Program-made: the position numbers and the translations under genes | Notes under the pieces: generated by a model | Database searches by the model: none | Seen by the model: only the letters and a program-made list of their open reading frames with translations | What the model was told of the DNA's origin: nothing | Virus record (IMG/VR): IMGVR_UViG_3300037449_000119 | Coordinates: 282-64,281 of that record | DNA length: 64,000 nt | Strand: one strand, 5' to 3' | Origin: a virus | Lineage: Duplodnaviria; Caudoviricetes | Shown here: positions 41,897 through 51,231 of the stretch, one piece after another | Position numbering within the stretch: the first letter of the stretch is position 1 | How the letters are laid out: the number at the start of each line of letters is the position of its first letter

Positions 41897-43294
41897 GTGG
41901 AAGCCACAGCATTTCGTGTAAGCGAGAAGATCGGGCCAAACATGGCGTGGACAGATGAGCGGTTTCTCGTCTGCTACGGCGTGCCGATTGCTCGCACCGG
42001 AGTGCTGATCTACGGAGCCGGCGAACGCCCCGAGGTGCAGCCTGGGCCTGACGGCCTCATTCGCATCGAGCGACTGGACGAGGATGTGTTTGCAGAGGAG
42101 AGTCTCAAGAGCCTGCAAATCAAGCCGCTGCTCAACGAGCATCCCGCGTTCGACGTGAACCCTGAGAACTATCAAGAGCTAACAGTGGGGTCCGTTGTCA
42201 ACCCTCGTCGCGGAGAGGGCATCTTCGATGATTGCATCATTGCCGATGTAGTGGTAATGGATCGGCAGGCTATTGAGGATGTGCTCAGTGATAAGCGTGA
42301 GGTAAGTTGTGGGTACGACTGCAAGTATTTTGACCTGGGCGAAGGCCGAGGGCGGCAGACCAACATCATTTACAACCACGTGGCGCTGGTAGAAAGTGGT
42401 CGCTGTGGCCCACGTTGCAGCATCAAGGACCACGCCATGCGAAAGGAAACAACGATGAAGACGAACAGAGTGCGTCCGTGGTTGGACAAGCTGCGCTCGC
42501 TGGGCAGCGCCATTACACAGGACAAGAAGGCCACCTTTGACGAGGCTGTCGAGGAGGCGGAGCGCGAAGCCAAAACCAAGGATGCCGAGGAAGAGGCCGA
42601 AGAGCGCGAGAAGAACAAAACCAAGGACGACGACCTGTCGAAGCGCATGGAGGAGCTGGAGGCCAAGCACGAGGAGCATGGCAAGCAGCTCGAAACCCAC
42701 GACGCCAAGCTGAAGACCCACGACTCTGACATCGCCGAGCTGAAGGACAAGATCGGTGAAGGCGACAAAACAGCCGACGCCGAAGAGGACAAGGAGATCG
42801 AGGGTGAGCTGAAAGAAGAAGCTCCTCCGGGCAGTGGCGACAGCGCCATGAAAGCCAAGGACTCGGCGTACCTCGCTCCGACCTGGCAGAGCACCAAAGC
42901 TCTGGCCGAGATCCTCGTTCCCGGCATTCACATGCCCACCTTCGACAGCAAGGGTGACCCGAAGATCACATACAAGGGCATCTGCGACTTCCGGCGCCGG
43001 GCGTTGAGCATGGGTCTGCTGACCGCGGACACCAACCAGGTCATCGCCGAAGTTCGCGGTGGCCGCACCTTGGACTCCAAGGACATCGCAGCCATGAAGT
43101 GCGGCGAAGTTCGTCAACTGTTCTACGCGGCCGGCGCGGCCAAGAAAGCAGCCAACACCAGCGACGCGCACTCCGCAGGGCACTTCACCAATCTCGAAGG
43201 TTCAGGCGGCGGAGTTGGCGTTACCAGCAAGCTGAAGACGCCCGCCGACATCAACGAGGAAAACCGCAGGCGGTACGCCGCTGGCGACAAGTAG
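41897..43294 (+). CDS. DUF2213 prohead protease/scaffold protein
   Basis: VPIARTG, LLNEHP, REVSCGYDC, YNHVALVESGRCGPRCSI; acidic coiled-coil C-terminal half. Confidence 0.88.
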   Translation: MEATAFRVSEKIGPNMAWTDERFLVCYGVPIARTGVLIYGAGERPEVQPGPDGLIRIERLDEDVFAEESLKSLQIKPLLNEHPAFDVNPENYQELTVGSVVNPRRGEGIFDDCIIADVVVMDRQAIEDVLSDKREVSCGYDCKYFDLGEGRGRQTNIIYNHVALVESGRCGPRCSIKDHAMRKETTMKTNRVRPWLDKLRSLGSAITQDKKATFDEAVEEAEREAKTKDAEEEAEEREKNKTKDDDLSKRMEELEAKHEEHGKQLETHDAKLKTHDSDIAELKDKIGEGDKTADAEEDKEIEGELKEEAPPGSGDSAMKAKDSAYLAPTWQSTKALAEILVPGIHMPTFDSKGDPKITYKGICDFRRRALSMGLLTADTNQVIAEVRGGRTLDSKDIAAMKCGEVRQLFYAAGAAKKAANTSDAHSAGHFTNLEGSGGGVGVTSKLKTPADINEENRRRYAAGDK

Positions 43295-43308
43295 GAAGGG
43301 AGCCACAG

Positions 43309-43920
43309 ATGTTTCGACTCATTCGCAATTTGTTTCACAAGACACGTGAGGTGGGGTCGTATGTGGGCACTTTCCGTACCCATGACGCCGCGTTCGCGTT
43401 TCGCATGAATACAGGCTTTCCGGGCACTGTGAATCGCACACACCCGGCAAGCATCGAGCCTTGCCTCATCGACCCTAACGCCACCATCGCTGCTTACGGG
43501 ATGGGTGTGATTGTGGACTCGGCGACGCAGGGCGTTCGCACACTCGTCGCTGGCGACGGTGCTGTGACCAACCTTTACGGAATCGCCGCGCGCCCCTATC
43601 CGGTGCAGGCAGCCTCCGCGTCAAGCTACGGAGCCACCACATTCGGCTCCGGCGCGCCGCCCCCAAGCCAGCCTCTCGACGTTCTCAAGGGCGGCTACAT
43701 TCTGGTCGCGCTCAACAACTTCGCCGTGAACAACTCGGTCAAGAACGGCCCAGTGTACGTCAACATCAGCACCAGCACAACCAACCACGTGCAGGGTGGC
43801 TTCGAGGCCGCAGCGAACTCGGGCTGCACCACCATCGAGATCACCAACGCGTATTCACAAAACTACTTCAACGGTCCTGCCGGTCCCGATGGTGTCGTTG
43901 AACTCGCGTTCAACCTGTAG
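43309..43920 (+). CDS. capsid decoration/cement protein
   Basis: Position between protease and major capsid; RM..GFPG.V.R, G.AARPYP, GGFEAA, VVELAFNL. Confidence 0.7.
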   Translation: MFRLIRNLFHKTREVGSYVGTFRTHDAAFAFRMNTGFPGTVNRTHPASIEPCLIDPNATIAAYGMGVIVDSATQGVRTLVAGDGAVTNLYGIAARPYPVQAASASSYGATTFGSGAPPPSQPLDVLKGGYILVALNNFAVNNSVKNGPVYVNISTSTTNHVQGGFEAAANSGCTTIEITNAYSQNYFNGPAGPDGVVELAFNL

Positions 43921-43935
43921 GAGAGGGAGTCTTTC

Positions 43936-45003
43936 ATGTTGACATTCGATAACAGCCACCAGACGCAGGATTCGCAAGGCAACCAGCTCGGCGTGAGGCT
44001 TCCGCACGCTTGCACAACCCATGACGGGCGCACCGTGGACTCCACGGGCGCTTTCATGGTTGGTGAGTTGGAGCGTTTGGATCAGAAACTCCACGAACCG
44101 TTGGTATCGGTTACGTGGGGTCGTGACATCGACTTGCGCGAGGATGTAACCATCGCGGACGAGGTGTCGTCATTCACCATCAGCACCTATGGCTCAGCCG
44201 GCTCGCTCGGCGCTGGAAACAGCATCGGCAACGGCAAGGCGTGGGTAGGCAAGACCACCAACCAGATCGGTGGCGTCGATCTGGACATCGCCAAGACCAC
44301 GCATCCGCTGCTCCCCTGGGCGCTCGAACTCAAGTACACCATCATGGAGCTTGAGTCGGCGGCCAAGATGGGCCGCCCCATCGACCAGCAGAAATTCCAG
44401 GCGCTCCAACAGAAACATCAGATGGACATTGACGAGCAGGTGTACATCGGTGACACGTCGATCAACGCTACGGGACTAATCAACAGCACTGCGGTTACGC
44501 CGCAGAACGTGGTGAAGAGTCCGGTGTCAGGTTCGACTTTGTGGGCGCAGAAGTCTCCAGACGAAATTCTGCTTGACTTCAACACCGCGCTTACTACCGT
44601 GTGGGCGGCTTCGGCCTGGGCTGTGCTGCCCAGCCGGGCGCTGATTCCTCCGGCGCAGTTCGGTCTGCTCTCGACGCAGAAGGTGTCTCAGGCTGGCAAC
44701 ATATCGACGCTGAAGTACATTCAGGAGAACAACGTCCTGACAGCATCGGGGCAGGGCAAGCTGGACATCTTCCCGTTGAAGTGGTGCATCGGCGCCGGCC
44801 AGGGTGGCACGCTCGGAACCATTGGCGTTGACCGTATGGTGGTCTACACCAAGGACCAGGAGCGAGTTCGCTTCCCCATGACCATGTTGCAACGCACCCC
44901 GGTGCAGTACGACGGGCTTTACCACAAGACGACTTACTTCTGCCGCTTGGGGCAGGTGGAGGTTGTCTACGGGGTTACATTGGGGTATTTTGACCAGATC
45001 TAA
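43936..45003 (+). CDS. major capsid protein (DUF2184 family)
   Basis: GAFMVGELERLD..LHEPL..VTW.RDI, ELESAAKMGRPID, YIGD; 355 aa. Confidence 0.9.
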   Translation: MLTFDNSHQTQDSQGNQLGVRLPHACTTHDGRTVDSTGAFMVGELERLDQKLHEPLVSVTWGRDIDLREDVTIADEVSSFTISTYGSAGSLGAGNSIGNGKAWVGKTTNQIGGVDLDIAKTTHPLLPWALELKYTIMELESAAKMGRPIDQQKFQALQQKHQMDIDEQVYIGDTSINATGLINSTAVTPQNVVKSPVSGSTLWAQKSPDEILLDFNTALTTVWAASAWAVLPSRALIPPAQFGLLSTQKVSQAGNISTLKYIQENNVLTASGQGKLDIFPLKWCIGAGQGGTLGTIGVDRMVVYTKDQERVRFPMTMLQRTPVQYDGLYHKTTYFCRLGQVEVVYGVTLGYFDQI

Positions 45004-45074
45004 ATTTGTGTTCCGCACCAGCCCGCGTTGTTCGGCGTGGGCTGGTGCGCCCACATTTGAGAGAGGAATCAAGC

Positions 45075-45587
45075 ATGGCAGTCGATGAAAAAACAACACA
45101 GCCTTTTGGCCTAGGCCCAAGGGATTTACCAGCCAAGCCCGGCGAGGTGCTCGGCAAGGGCGAGGGAACCATCACCATGGTCTTCCCCCGCAAAGTGATT
45201 CTCAACACCGACGACGGCAAGCGCGTGGAGTTCCTGCCTGGCGTGCAGGAAGTTCCGGCGCACCTTGCCGGCCATGACTGGCTGCGCCTCAACGGAGCCA
45301 CAGGGTACAGCGCAGAGGCCGCCGCGAAGGTAGTGGAGCAATCGGTACAAGAAGCGCAGACGGCGTTTGATGTTGCCCTGGAGAACCTCAACGCAGCCAA
45401 GCAGCGTGTGGCTGACGCGAGACCGGCTCCGGCAGTGTTAAATGATGCCCCGGTAGATCTCTCCACCATGACCAAGGCACAGATCATCGCACACGCCGCT
45501 GAGGTTCACGACCTGGATCTGGACCAGCGCAACAGCAAGGATGAACTCATCGCTGCGGTCGAGGAAGCTCGCGCAGCCAAGGAGTAG
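45075..45587 (+). CDS. head-associated protein with C-terminal HeH/Rho-N-like motif
   Basis: LSTMTKAQIIAHAA...KDELIAAV. Confidence 0.6.
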   Translation: MAVDEKTTQPFGLGPRDLPAKPGEVLGKGEGTITMVFPRKVILNTDDGKRVEFLPGVQEVPAHLAGHDWLRLNGATGYSAEAAAKVVEQSVQEAQTAFDVALENLNAAKQRVADARPAPAVLNDAPVDLSTMTKAQIIAHAAEVHDLDLDQRNSKDELIAAVEEARAAKE

Positions 45588-45590
45588 TCC

Positions 45591-45959
45591 ATGCCACTTG
45601 AGAAGGGCGATACGCCCGCGATCATCGGACACAACGTGAAGATCGAGGAGCGGGCAGGCAAGCGACCTGATGTCGCCCAAGCCATCGCCCTTCACACGGC
45701 TAAGGACAGTAGCCTAAGCGCACCAGCGTACACTGACCACTACGAGGAGCAGAGCGAGATGGGTGCAAACAGCAATCACATCAAAGTGAATGTGGAGCCT
45801 GTCGCCAGCGACTCCAAGGACTCCGATTACGCGACGGCCACAACCGGAATGACCATCGCGGAAATCAACGCCAAGAATCGCTCCTACTGGGAGCGTGGCG
45901 GCAAGAGTCCAGAAGTAAAGGACTGCGCACGGACCGACAAGATGCAGAAACGGGGGTAG
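45591..45959 (+). CDS. small head protein
   Basis: MPLEKG...IIGHNVK.E..AGK...AQAIAL pattern typical of phage head-module proteins. Confidence 0.65.
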   Translation: MPLEKGDTPAIIGHNVKIEERAGKRPDVAQAIALHTAKDSSLSAPAYTDHYEEQSEMGANSNHIKVNVEPVASDSKDSDYATATTGMTIAEINAKNRSYWERGGKSPEVKDCARTDKMQKRG

Positions 45960-45962
45960 TCG

Positions 45963-46478
45963 ATGTCATCACCTACGTGGCCGCCGACTCCCGCTCCGCT
46001 CGCCGCCGTTACCTACGCATCGTTCATTGTTGACTATCCAGAGTTCTCCAACGCCGCCACCTACCCGGAGGCGGCGTTCACCTTGTTCGCCAACGAAGCG
46101 GCAACCATGATGAACGTCGGTCGTTGGGGCGCCATGTACAACGACGGCTACGAGTTGTTCGTCGCCCACAAGCTCATGCTCTACAAGCGCCGGCAGGATA
46201 CCGCCGCGCTCAACGCTTACCCCGGGCTGGGAAAGGGCGTGCTGAACAGTGAGTCTCCGGGGCAGGTCTCTCTCAGCTATGACACCACTGCCAGCACAGA
46301 AGAGCGTGGCGGCATGTACAACGAGACCGAGTACGGACGCGAGTTCTTGCGCAAGGCGCGGCTGGTGGGCATGGGCGCTGTACAGGTCAACCACGGCAAC
46401 CCTGCTGGAGCAGTGGGCCAGGTGCAGAGCTTCATGGCATGGCCAGGACCGCCGACCGGAAACGGATATTCATTTTGA
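45963..46478 (+). CDS. head-tail adaptor (DUF4054 family)
   Basis: F..DYPEFSN, L.VAH.L, GQVSLSYD, YN.T.YG.EF. Confidence 0.8.
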   Translation: MSSPTWPPTPAPLAAVTYASFIVDYPEFSNAATYPEAAFTLFANEAATMMNVGRWGAMYNDGYELFVAHKLMLYKRRQDTAALNAYPGLGKGVLNSESPGQVSLSYDTTASTEERGGMYNETEYGREFLRKARLVGMGAVQVNHGNPAGAVGQVQSFMAWPGPPTGNGYSF

Positions 46479-46780
46479 TGAAGACACTCGCTGAGATCAA
46501 TGAAGCAAATCGCGCTCGTTGGGGGCAGACCAGTGATGCGTTCAAGGAGAGCGAGCACCCGCGCAAGGGAAACGGAGAGTTCGGCAGGAGTTCTGAAGGG
46601 GGGTACTCGACCAAGTTCTTATCGGAAAAAGCGAAAGTCGAGGGCCGTATAACAAACTTAAAAGCTAGGGCAGAAAAGTTGAGGGGGAAAGCTGGTTACG
46701 CTGATGCAGTACACGCGTGGATTTCTGCTATAAAAGCAGGCGAGAACCAGGGGTATTTTTTTGAGCGGAGCAGCAAATGA
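46478..46780 (+). CDS. small putative capsid-internal protein
   Basis: TGATG overlap; TSDAFKESEHPRKGNGEFG. Confidence 0.65.
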   Translation: MKTLAEINEANRARWGQTSDAFKESEHPRKGNGEFGRSSEGGYSTKFLSEKAKVEGRITNLKARAEKLRGKAGYADAVHAWISAIKAGENQGYFFERSSK

Positions 46781-47307
46781 ACACGAGTGTGAACGTCCAC
46801 CTGCATATTCCTGTGAGTAACCTCGACTCGCTGCGCTCTGCGCTCGACGCGCTGAAGGAATACTCGTTGCTGGTAGGTGTACCCGCCGACGAGGACCGCA
46901 CTGGCGAGGGTGGGCCAGGGAGCACCGCGCGCGACGATGGAGAGATCAACAACGCCGCGCTGGCCTACATCCACAACAACGGCAGCCCTTCGCAGAACAT
47001 CCCCGCGCGGCCAACACTTGAGCCGGGGATCTTGGATGCCAAAGACAAGATCACCCACCGCTTCGAGGATGGGGCCAAGGGCGCGCTCGACGGTCGCAAG
47101 ACGGCCGTGATCGACAACATGACCGCGGCAGGGCTTGAGGCACAGACCGCGGTGCGCAATCGCATCAGGTCGAACACCCCGCCCCCGTTGAAAGAAGCAA
47201 CACTTGCAGCGCGTCGCCGGCGCGGGCACACCAGCACGAACACGCTTCTGGAAACGGGCGCGTACCTGGCGAGTCATTCGTTCGTTGTGCGAAAGAATCG
47301 AGGCTGA
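46777..47307 (+). CDS. neck/tail-completion protein
   Basis: LLVGVP, INNAALAYIHNNG...IPARP.L, PPLKEATL.AR, L.ETG. Confidence 0.75.
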   Translation: MNTSVNVHLHIPVSNLDSLRSALDALKEYSLLVGVPADEDRTGEGGPGSTARDDGEINNAALAYIHNNGSPSQNIPARPTLEPGILDAKDKITHRFEDGAKGALDGRKTAVIDNMTAAGLEAQTAVRNRIRSNTPPPLKEATLAARRRRGHTSTNTLLETGAYLASHSFVVRKNRG

Positions 47308-47309
47308 CC

Positions 47310-47717
47310 ATGCCGATGATCGACATGCGCGTGGCGCTCCTGAATCCGTACACCGTGGATTACTTCAACGTGGTGCGTCGCGTGGAGGTGGTAAACAGTT
47401 TAGGCGAATCGGTGCTCACGTCTACCACGACCGCTAACGTGCCGGGCGTGGTGGTCGCTGCACCCGAGTCCGCGCTCGACCGCCAGGCGAACATGCAGGT
47501 TGCTCCGAAGTGGATCGACATTGACACCACGTTTTTGCTGCGCTCTGAAAGTGAAAACGCTGCACACTCTGAGTTTCAACCAGACATTATTCAGTGGCGC
47601 GGTAACAACTATATTGTGCGCACGCTGGGCGACTACTCTTCATACGGCGCGGGGTTCGTGCACGCCGGTTGTGCAATGACCGACTCGCAGGCAGCACCAC
47701 CGGGGAACTCAATATGA
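47310..47717 (+). CDS. head-tail joining (closure) protein
   Basis: Position; PDIIQWRGNNYIV...YGAGFV. Confidence 0.7.
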   Translation: MPMIDMRVALLNPYTVDYFNVVRRVEVVNSLGESVLTSTTTANVPGVVVAAPESALDRQANMQVAPKWIDIDTTFLLRSESENAAHSEFQPDIIQWRGNNYIVRTLGDYSSYGAGFVHAGCAMTDSQAAPPGNSI

Positions 47718-48316
47718 GCAACAACTCAGCAACAGGCGGCTATCTCGCTCCCACAACAACCAATGGGAACACAGAGGACGTGCTATTCTCGCAGTTCCTT
47801 CAACCCATCATTGTTGGCATCACGGGGCTGCCCGGCGCGATGGTGCGCCCCCGTTGGCAGCCTGAGCCGCCCAACCTTCCTGACTACGCTACTGACTGGT
47901 GCGCTATCGGCACCGTGAAACGCACCCCCGACACACACGCCTTCGAGAGCCACGCCAGCGGTGCGGGCGAGACACCAGGCTCCGACAACGTATTCAGGGT
48001 ACAGGAGTTGAGCCTTCTCGCCAGCTTCTACGGGCCGAACAGCGATGCCAACTCCGATCTGCTGATTCAAGGCTTCTCGCTTTCGCAGAATCGCGAGGCT
48101 ATGCTGTTGGCAGGGTATGCTTTTATTGGGTGTGATTCGCCTATAATGACAGCAGACCTTTTGAACGAGAAGTGGACGCGCCGCGTGGATGTGAGTTTCC
48201 AAGTTCGCCGCGGACAGACCTACACTTACCCGGTGCTCGATTTGGAGGGGGCACAGGTCACAATCGTAACCGACAACGGGCTGCCGCCTATCGCGGTGCT
48301 CGCGGAAGAGGAATAG
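47714..48316 (+). CDS. tail terminator/neck protein
   Basis: SATGGYL, GLPG.MVRPRWQ.EPP, SFYGP, W.RRVD. Confidence 0.7.
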   Translation: MSNNSATGGYLAPTTTNGNTEDVLFSQFLQPIIVGITGLPGAMVRPRWQPEPPNLPDYATDWCAIGTVKRTPDTHAFESHASGAGETPGSDNVFRVQELSLLASFYGPNSDANSDLLIQGFSLSQNREAMLLAGYAFIGCDSPIMTADLLNEKWTRRVDVSFQVRRGQTYTYPVLDLEGAQVTIVTDNGLPPIAVLAEEE

Positions 48317-48325
48317 GAGAGCGTC

Positions 48326-50143
48326 ATGGCCGTGTCCACATTACCGATTTCAAGGCTCATCAAGGTGTCGATCAGCCTGGCACCGCAGGCTGCGCAAGCG
48401 CAGAACCTTAACAGTCTGCTCGTGTTGGGCAGCTCAGTGGTCATCGACCCTGTGACCAGAATGCGTTCTTACTCTTCTTTACAAGCGGTGGGCGCGGACT
48501 TCGGCACGACTGCACCGGAGTACCTAGCAGCGGTGTTGTGGTTCGAGCAAAATAGCTCGCCATCTGGTTCACCGGCCAGCATCCTCATCGGGCGCTGGGT
48601 GAACGCCGCTGCTCCTGCGCAACTCTTCGGAGCTCCTCTCACCACAGCCCAGCAAGCAGCATCAAACTTCTCCGGCATCGCCGCAGGGTCGTTAGCCATA
48701 ACCACCAGTAAACCTGTTCCAGCACCGACGATTGTCGCATCAGCAGTCGCCACCTATTCCACGGCGACGTATACACTGGCCGGCAGCTCAGACACGTTTT
48801 CAGGTTCATTGAATCTCCAGGTGGGTGCGGGTGGGACGCCGTTCTCGGTGTCCATCCCCGCTGGCACAACTTTGGCCGCTGCTGTGACGCTGCTGAACGC
48901 CAACACAGCATTTTTCACCACGAACCTGCTCACAGCATCGACCGCTGGGGCGACGCTCATCATTACTGGTGGCGCCTACGGCACGGGTGGCACGAAGACC
49001 ATCATTGATACCTCAGTGCTGGTGGACGCAAAAGTGCAGTTGGTGACAGGCATTGTGCTGACCGGCGTGGGGAACATGAATGCGGTGGCATCAGCCATCA
49101 CTACTGCACTGAGCGGCGTGACCTGCACATGGAACGCAGTTTACGGTCAGTTCGTATTCACTACCACAGCAACGGGCGTGAATGTTGGGGTCTCCTTTGT
49201 ATCGGCGGCAGGAAGTGGCACGGACATCAGTACGCTGCTAGGCTGTTTATCGACGAACAGTGGTGCGTATGTAACGCCAGGGGCGGCAGCAGAGACCGCC
49301 TTGGCCGCCGTGCAGCTCTTTGACGCACAGTTCGGGCAGCAGTGGTTCGGCCTCACCGTGATCGGCGCTTCGGACTCCGACCTTGAAGGTATCGCCCCCT
49401 ACATCGAGGCAGACGCGAACTTCCACTACCACTTCGTCACCACACAAGAAGCGGGTGTTCTGGTTGCCAACTACACCACCGACATCGCCTCGATTCTCAA
49501 GGCTGGCGAGTACAGCCGCACGATGGTGCAGTTCTCGTCCACCAACCCCTACGCCGCGGTAAGCGCGGCGGCCGTGATTCTCACCACCGACTACACCGCC
49601 AACAACTCCGTCATTGACTTGATGTACAAACAGGAGCCGGGCATCACGCCGGAGAACCTGAACATTAACCAGATCGCCACTGCTGAAAGCAAGAACGCTT
49701 CTACGTTCGTGGCCTACGACAACAACACGGCGATCATCGACGGCGGAAACTCCTGCAATGGTCTGCCTGCTGCGCTTGTGATTGGCGCTATGGCGTTTGG
49801 CGTGACGCTCCAGACTGACCTGTACAATGCTTTGTATCTCGCGCCGACGAAGATTCCGCAGACTGATGCGGGGATGCACACACTGGGAACCATCATCACC
49901 AACGACTGCATCGAGTTCGTCAACAACGGATTCTTCGCACCGGGAACGTGGACAAGCGACTACCTGTTCGGCACTTTGACGCTCGATCAGTATCTTGCCA
50001 AGGGGTACTACCTGTACACGCCGGCCGTAGCAACACAATCGCCGTCTACGCGCGCGGCCAGTCTGTCGGTGCCCTTCCAGCTTGCAGCGAAGTTCTCCGG
50101 CCAAGTCCGCGAAGTGAACCTTGCCGTAACCATCAACCAGTAA
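48326..50143 (+). CDS. contractile tail sheath (DUF3383 family) with inserted domain
   Basis: LPISRLIKVSISL, YSSLQAVGADFG, MYKQEPGI, KIPQTDAG, GYYLY; 605 aa. Confidence 0.88.
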   Translation: MAVSTLPISRLIKVSISLAPQAAQAQNLNSLLVLGSSVVIDPVTRMRSYSSLQAVGADFGTTAPEYLAAVLWFEQNSSPSGSPASILIGRWVNAAAPAQLFGAPLTTAQQAASNFSGIAAGSLAITTSKPVPAPTIVASAVATYSTATYTLAGSSDTFSGSLNLQVGAGGTPFSVSIPAGTTLAAAVTLLNANTAFFTTNLLTASTAGATLIITGGAYGTGGTKTIIDTSVLVDAKVQLVTGIVLTGVGNMNAVASAITTALSGVTCTWNAVYGQFVFTTTATGVNVGVSFVSAAGSGTDISTLLGCLSTNSGAYVTPGAAAETALAAVQLFDAQFGQQWFGLTVIGASDSDLEGIAPYIEADANFHYHFVTTQEAGVLVANYTTDIASILKAGEYSRTMVQFSSTNPYAAVSAAAVILTTDYTANNSVIDLMYKQEPGITPENLNINQIATAESKNASTFVAYDNNTAIIDGGNSCNGLPAALVIGAMAFGVTLQTDLYNALYLAPTKIPQTDAGMHTLGTIITNDCIEFVNNGFFAPGTWTSDYLFGTLTLDQYLAKGYYLYTPAVATQSPSTRAASLSVPFQLAAKFSGQVREVNLAVTINQ

Positions 50144-50158
50144 CAAGGAGATCACACC

Positions 50159-50623
50159 ATGCAGGGAAACCCGGTTTACTCATTTCTTGATACCTATGCC
50201 AGCCTCACCGGCCCTGGCGGAGTGGTTGCACTTGCGAACGGCTCCGGCGCTGCGGAAGAAGGTGTGACCATCGAGCCGGTCGAGGACAACGTGGCAACAC
50301 AGTACGGCGCGGACGGTTCTTGGGCACACAGCCTCAACCCTGTCAAGGCGTATCGCATTACTTGCCGGCTGTTGAAAACGTCGCCCACCAACGCACTGCT
50401 CGACGCCATGTACGCGCTGCAGAAAACTTCATCGCTGCTCACAGGACAGAATTTTTTTCACCTGAACAACGTGTCCTCTGGCGACGTGTTCACGGGCGTG
50501 GGCGGGGCGTTCGGCAAGCATCCGGCCAACTCTTATGCCAAGGTGGCAGGGATGCTTGACTGGGAGTTCATCGTGGGCTCGGGCGACTGGACCTTGGGCG
50601 CCGGTGTAGGAGTGGGAGCGTGA
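50159..50623 (+). CDS. tail tube protein (DUF3277 family)
   Basis: YSFLD, AEEGVTI, GADG...HSL, LLKTSPTNA.L. Confidence 0.85.
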   Translation: MQGNPVYSFLDTYASLTGPGGVVALANGSGAAEEGVTIEPVEDNVATQYGADGSWAHSLNPVKAYRITCRLLKTSPTNALLDAMYALQKTSSLLTGQNFFHLNNVSSGDVFTGVGGAFGKHPANSYAKVAGMLDWEFIVGSGDWTLGAGVGVGA

Positions 50624-50624
50624 C

Positions 50625-51029
50625 ATGGACGAATCAAGAAAAATCACAATCGGTGAGCGCACCTATCTGATCGGCTCTCTGGACTGCTTTCAACAGTTTC
50701 ACGTAGCACGCCGGCTAGGCCCGATGCTGCTCTCTGTACTTGCAGCGGCGGCGCAGGCTCCTGACGACGCAGATTTTGAGAGCCTGCTTTCTGGTCCTTT
50801 GGTCGAGCATCTTGCAACGATGAACCAGGAAGATGTGGATTTTGTTCTTTGCACGTGCCTCGGAGTTGTTCGTGTGCAGCTATCTGATAACGGCACCGCG
50901 CCGCTCTGGGACAAGACATCAAAACAGCTTCGCTACCAGGATTTGCAGATGCCTGCCATGCTGCAACTTACTATCGCAGTTTGCAAGGACAATCTAGGAA
51001 GTTTTTTTCCTACCAGGCAACCAGAGTAG
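50625..51029 (+). CDS. tail assembly chaperone
   Basis: Position between tube and tape measure; QQFHVARRL. Confidence 0.75.
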   Translation: MDESRKITIGERTYLIGSLDCFQQFHVARRLGPMLLSVLAAAAQAPDDADFESLLSGPLVEHLATMNQEDVDFVLCTCLGVVRVQLSDNGTAPLWDKTSKQLRYQDLQMPAMLQLTIAVCKDNLGSFFPTRQPE

Positions 51030-51220
51030 CATCAAGGCTGGATGAGTTGCCTTTGTTGTCGATGGCGAACGGAGAGGATTGGTTGTTGCGGCCAGTGTTG
51101 AATGGTTTGTGCCGCTACGAGTCGCTGAAGAACGGAGAACTGGATCTCGGTGACATTGCGCGTATGAACGACGCGCTTAACGTATCGAACGAGAATCAGG
51201 CGCGCATGGTTGCCGGATAA
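50999..51220 (+). CDS. C-terminal extension of the tail chaperone via -1 frameshift
   Basis: Slippery G-T7 run at 51001-51008; -1 frame encodes GEDWLLRPV...YESLKNG..DL.DIA.MNDAL. Confidence 0.65.
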   Translation, partial: KFFSYQATRVASRLDELPLLSMANGEDWLLRPVLNGLCRYESLKNGELDLGDIARMNDALNVSNENQARMVAG

Positions 51221-51231
51221 GCGAGGACACA

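Noticed and set aside
42179-43183. 334-aa - strand ORF inside DUF2213, and similar long antisense ORFs over the sheath, ligase and DUF932 genes
   Set aside because: Shadows of strongly biased coding sequence
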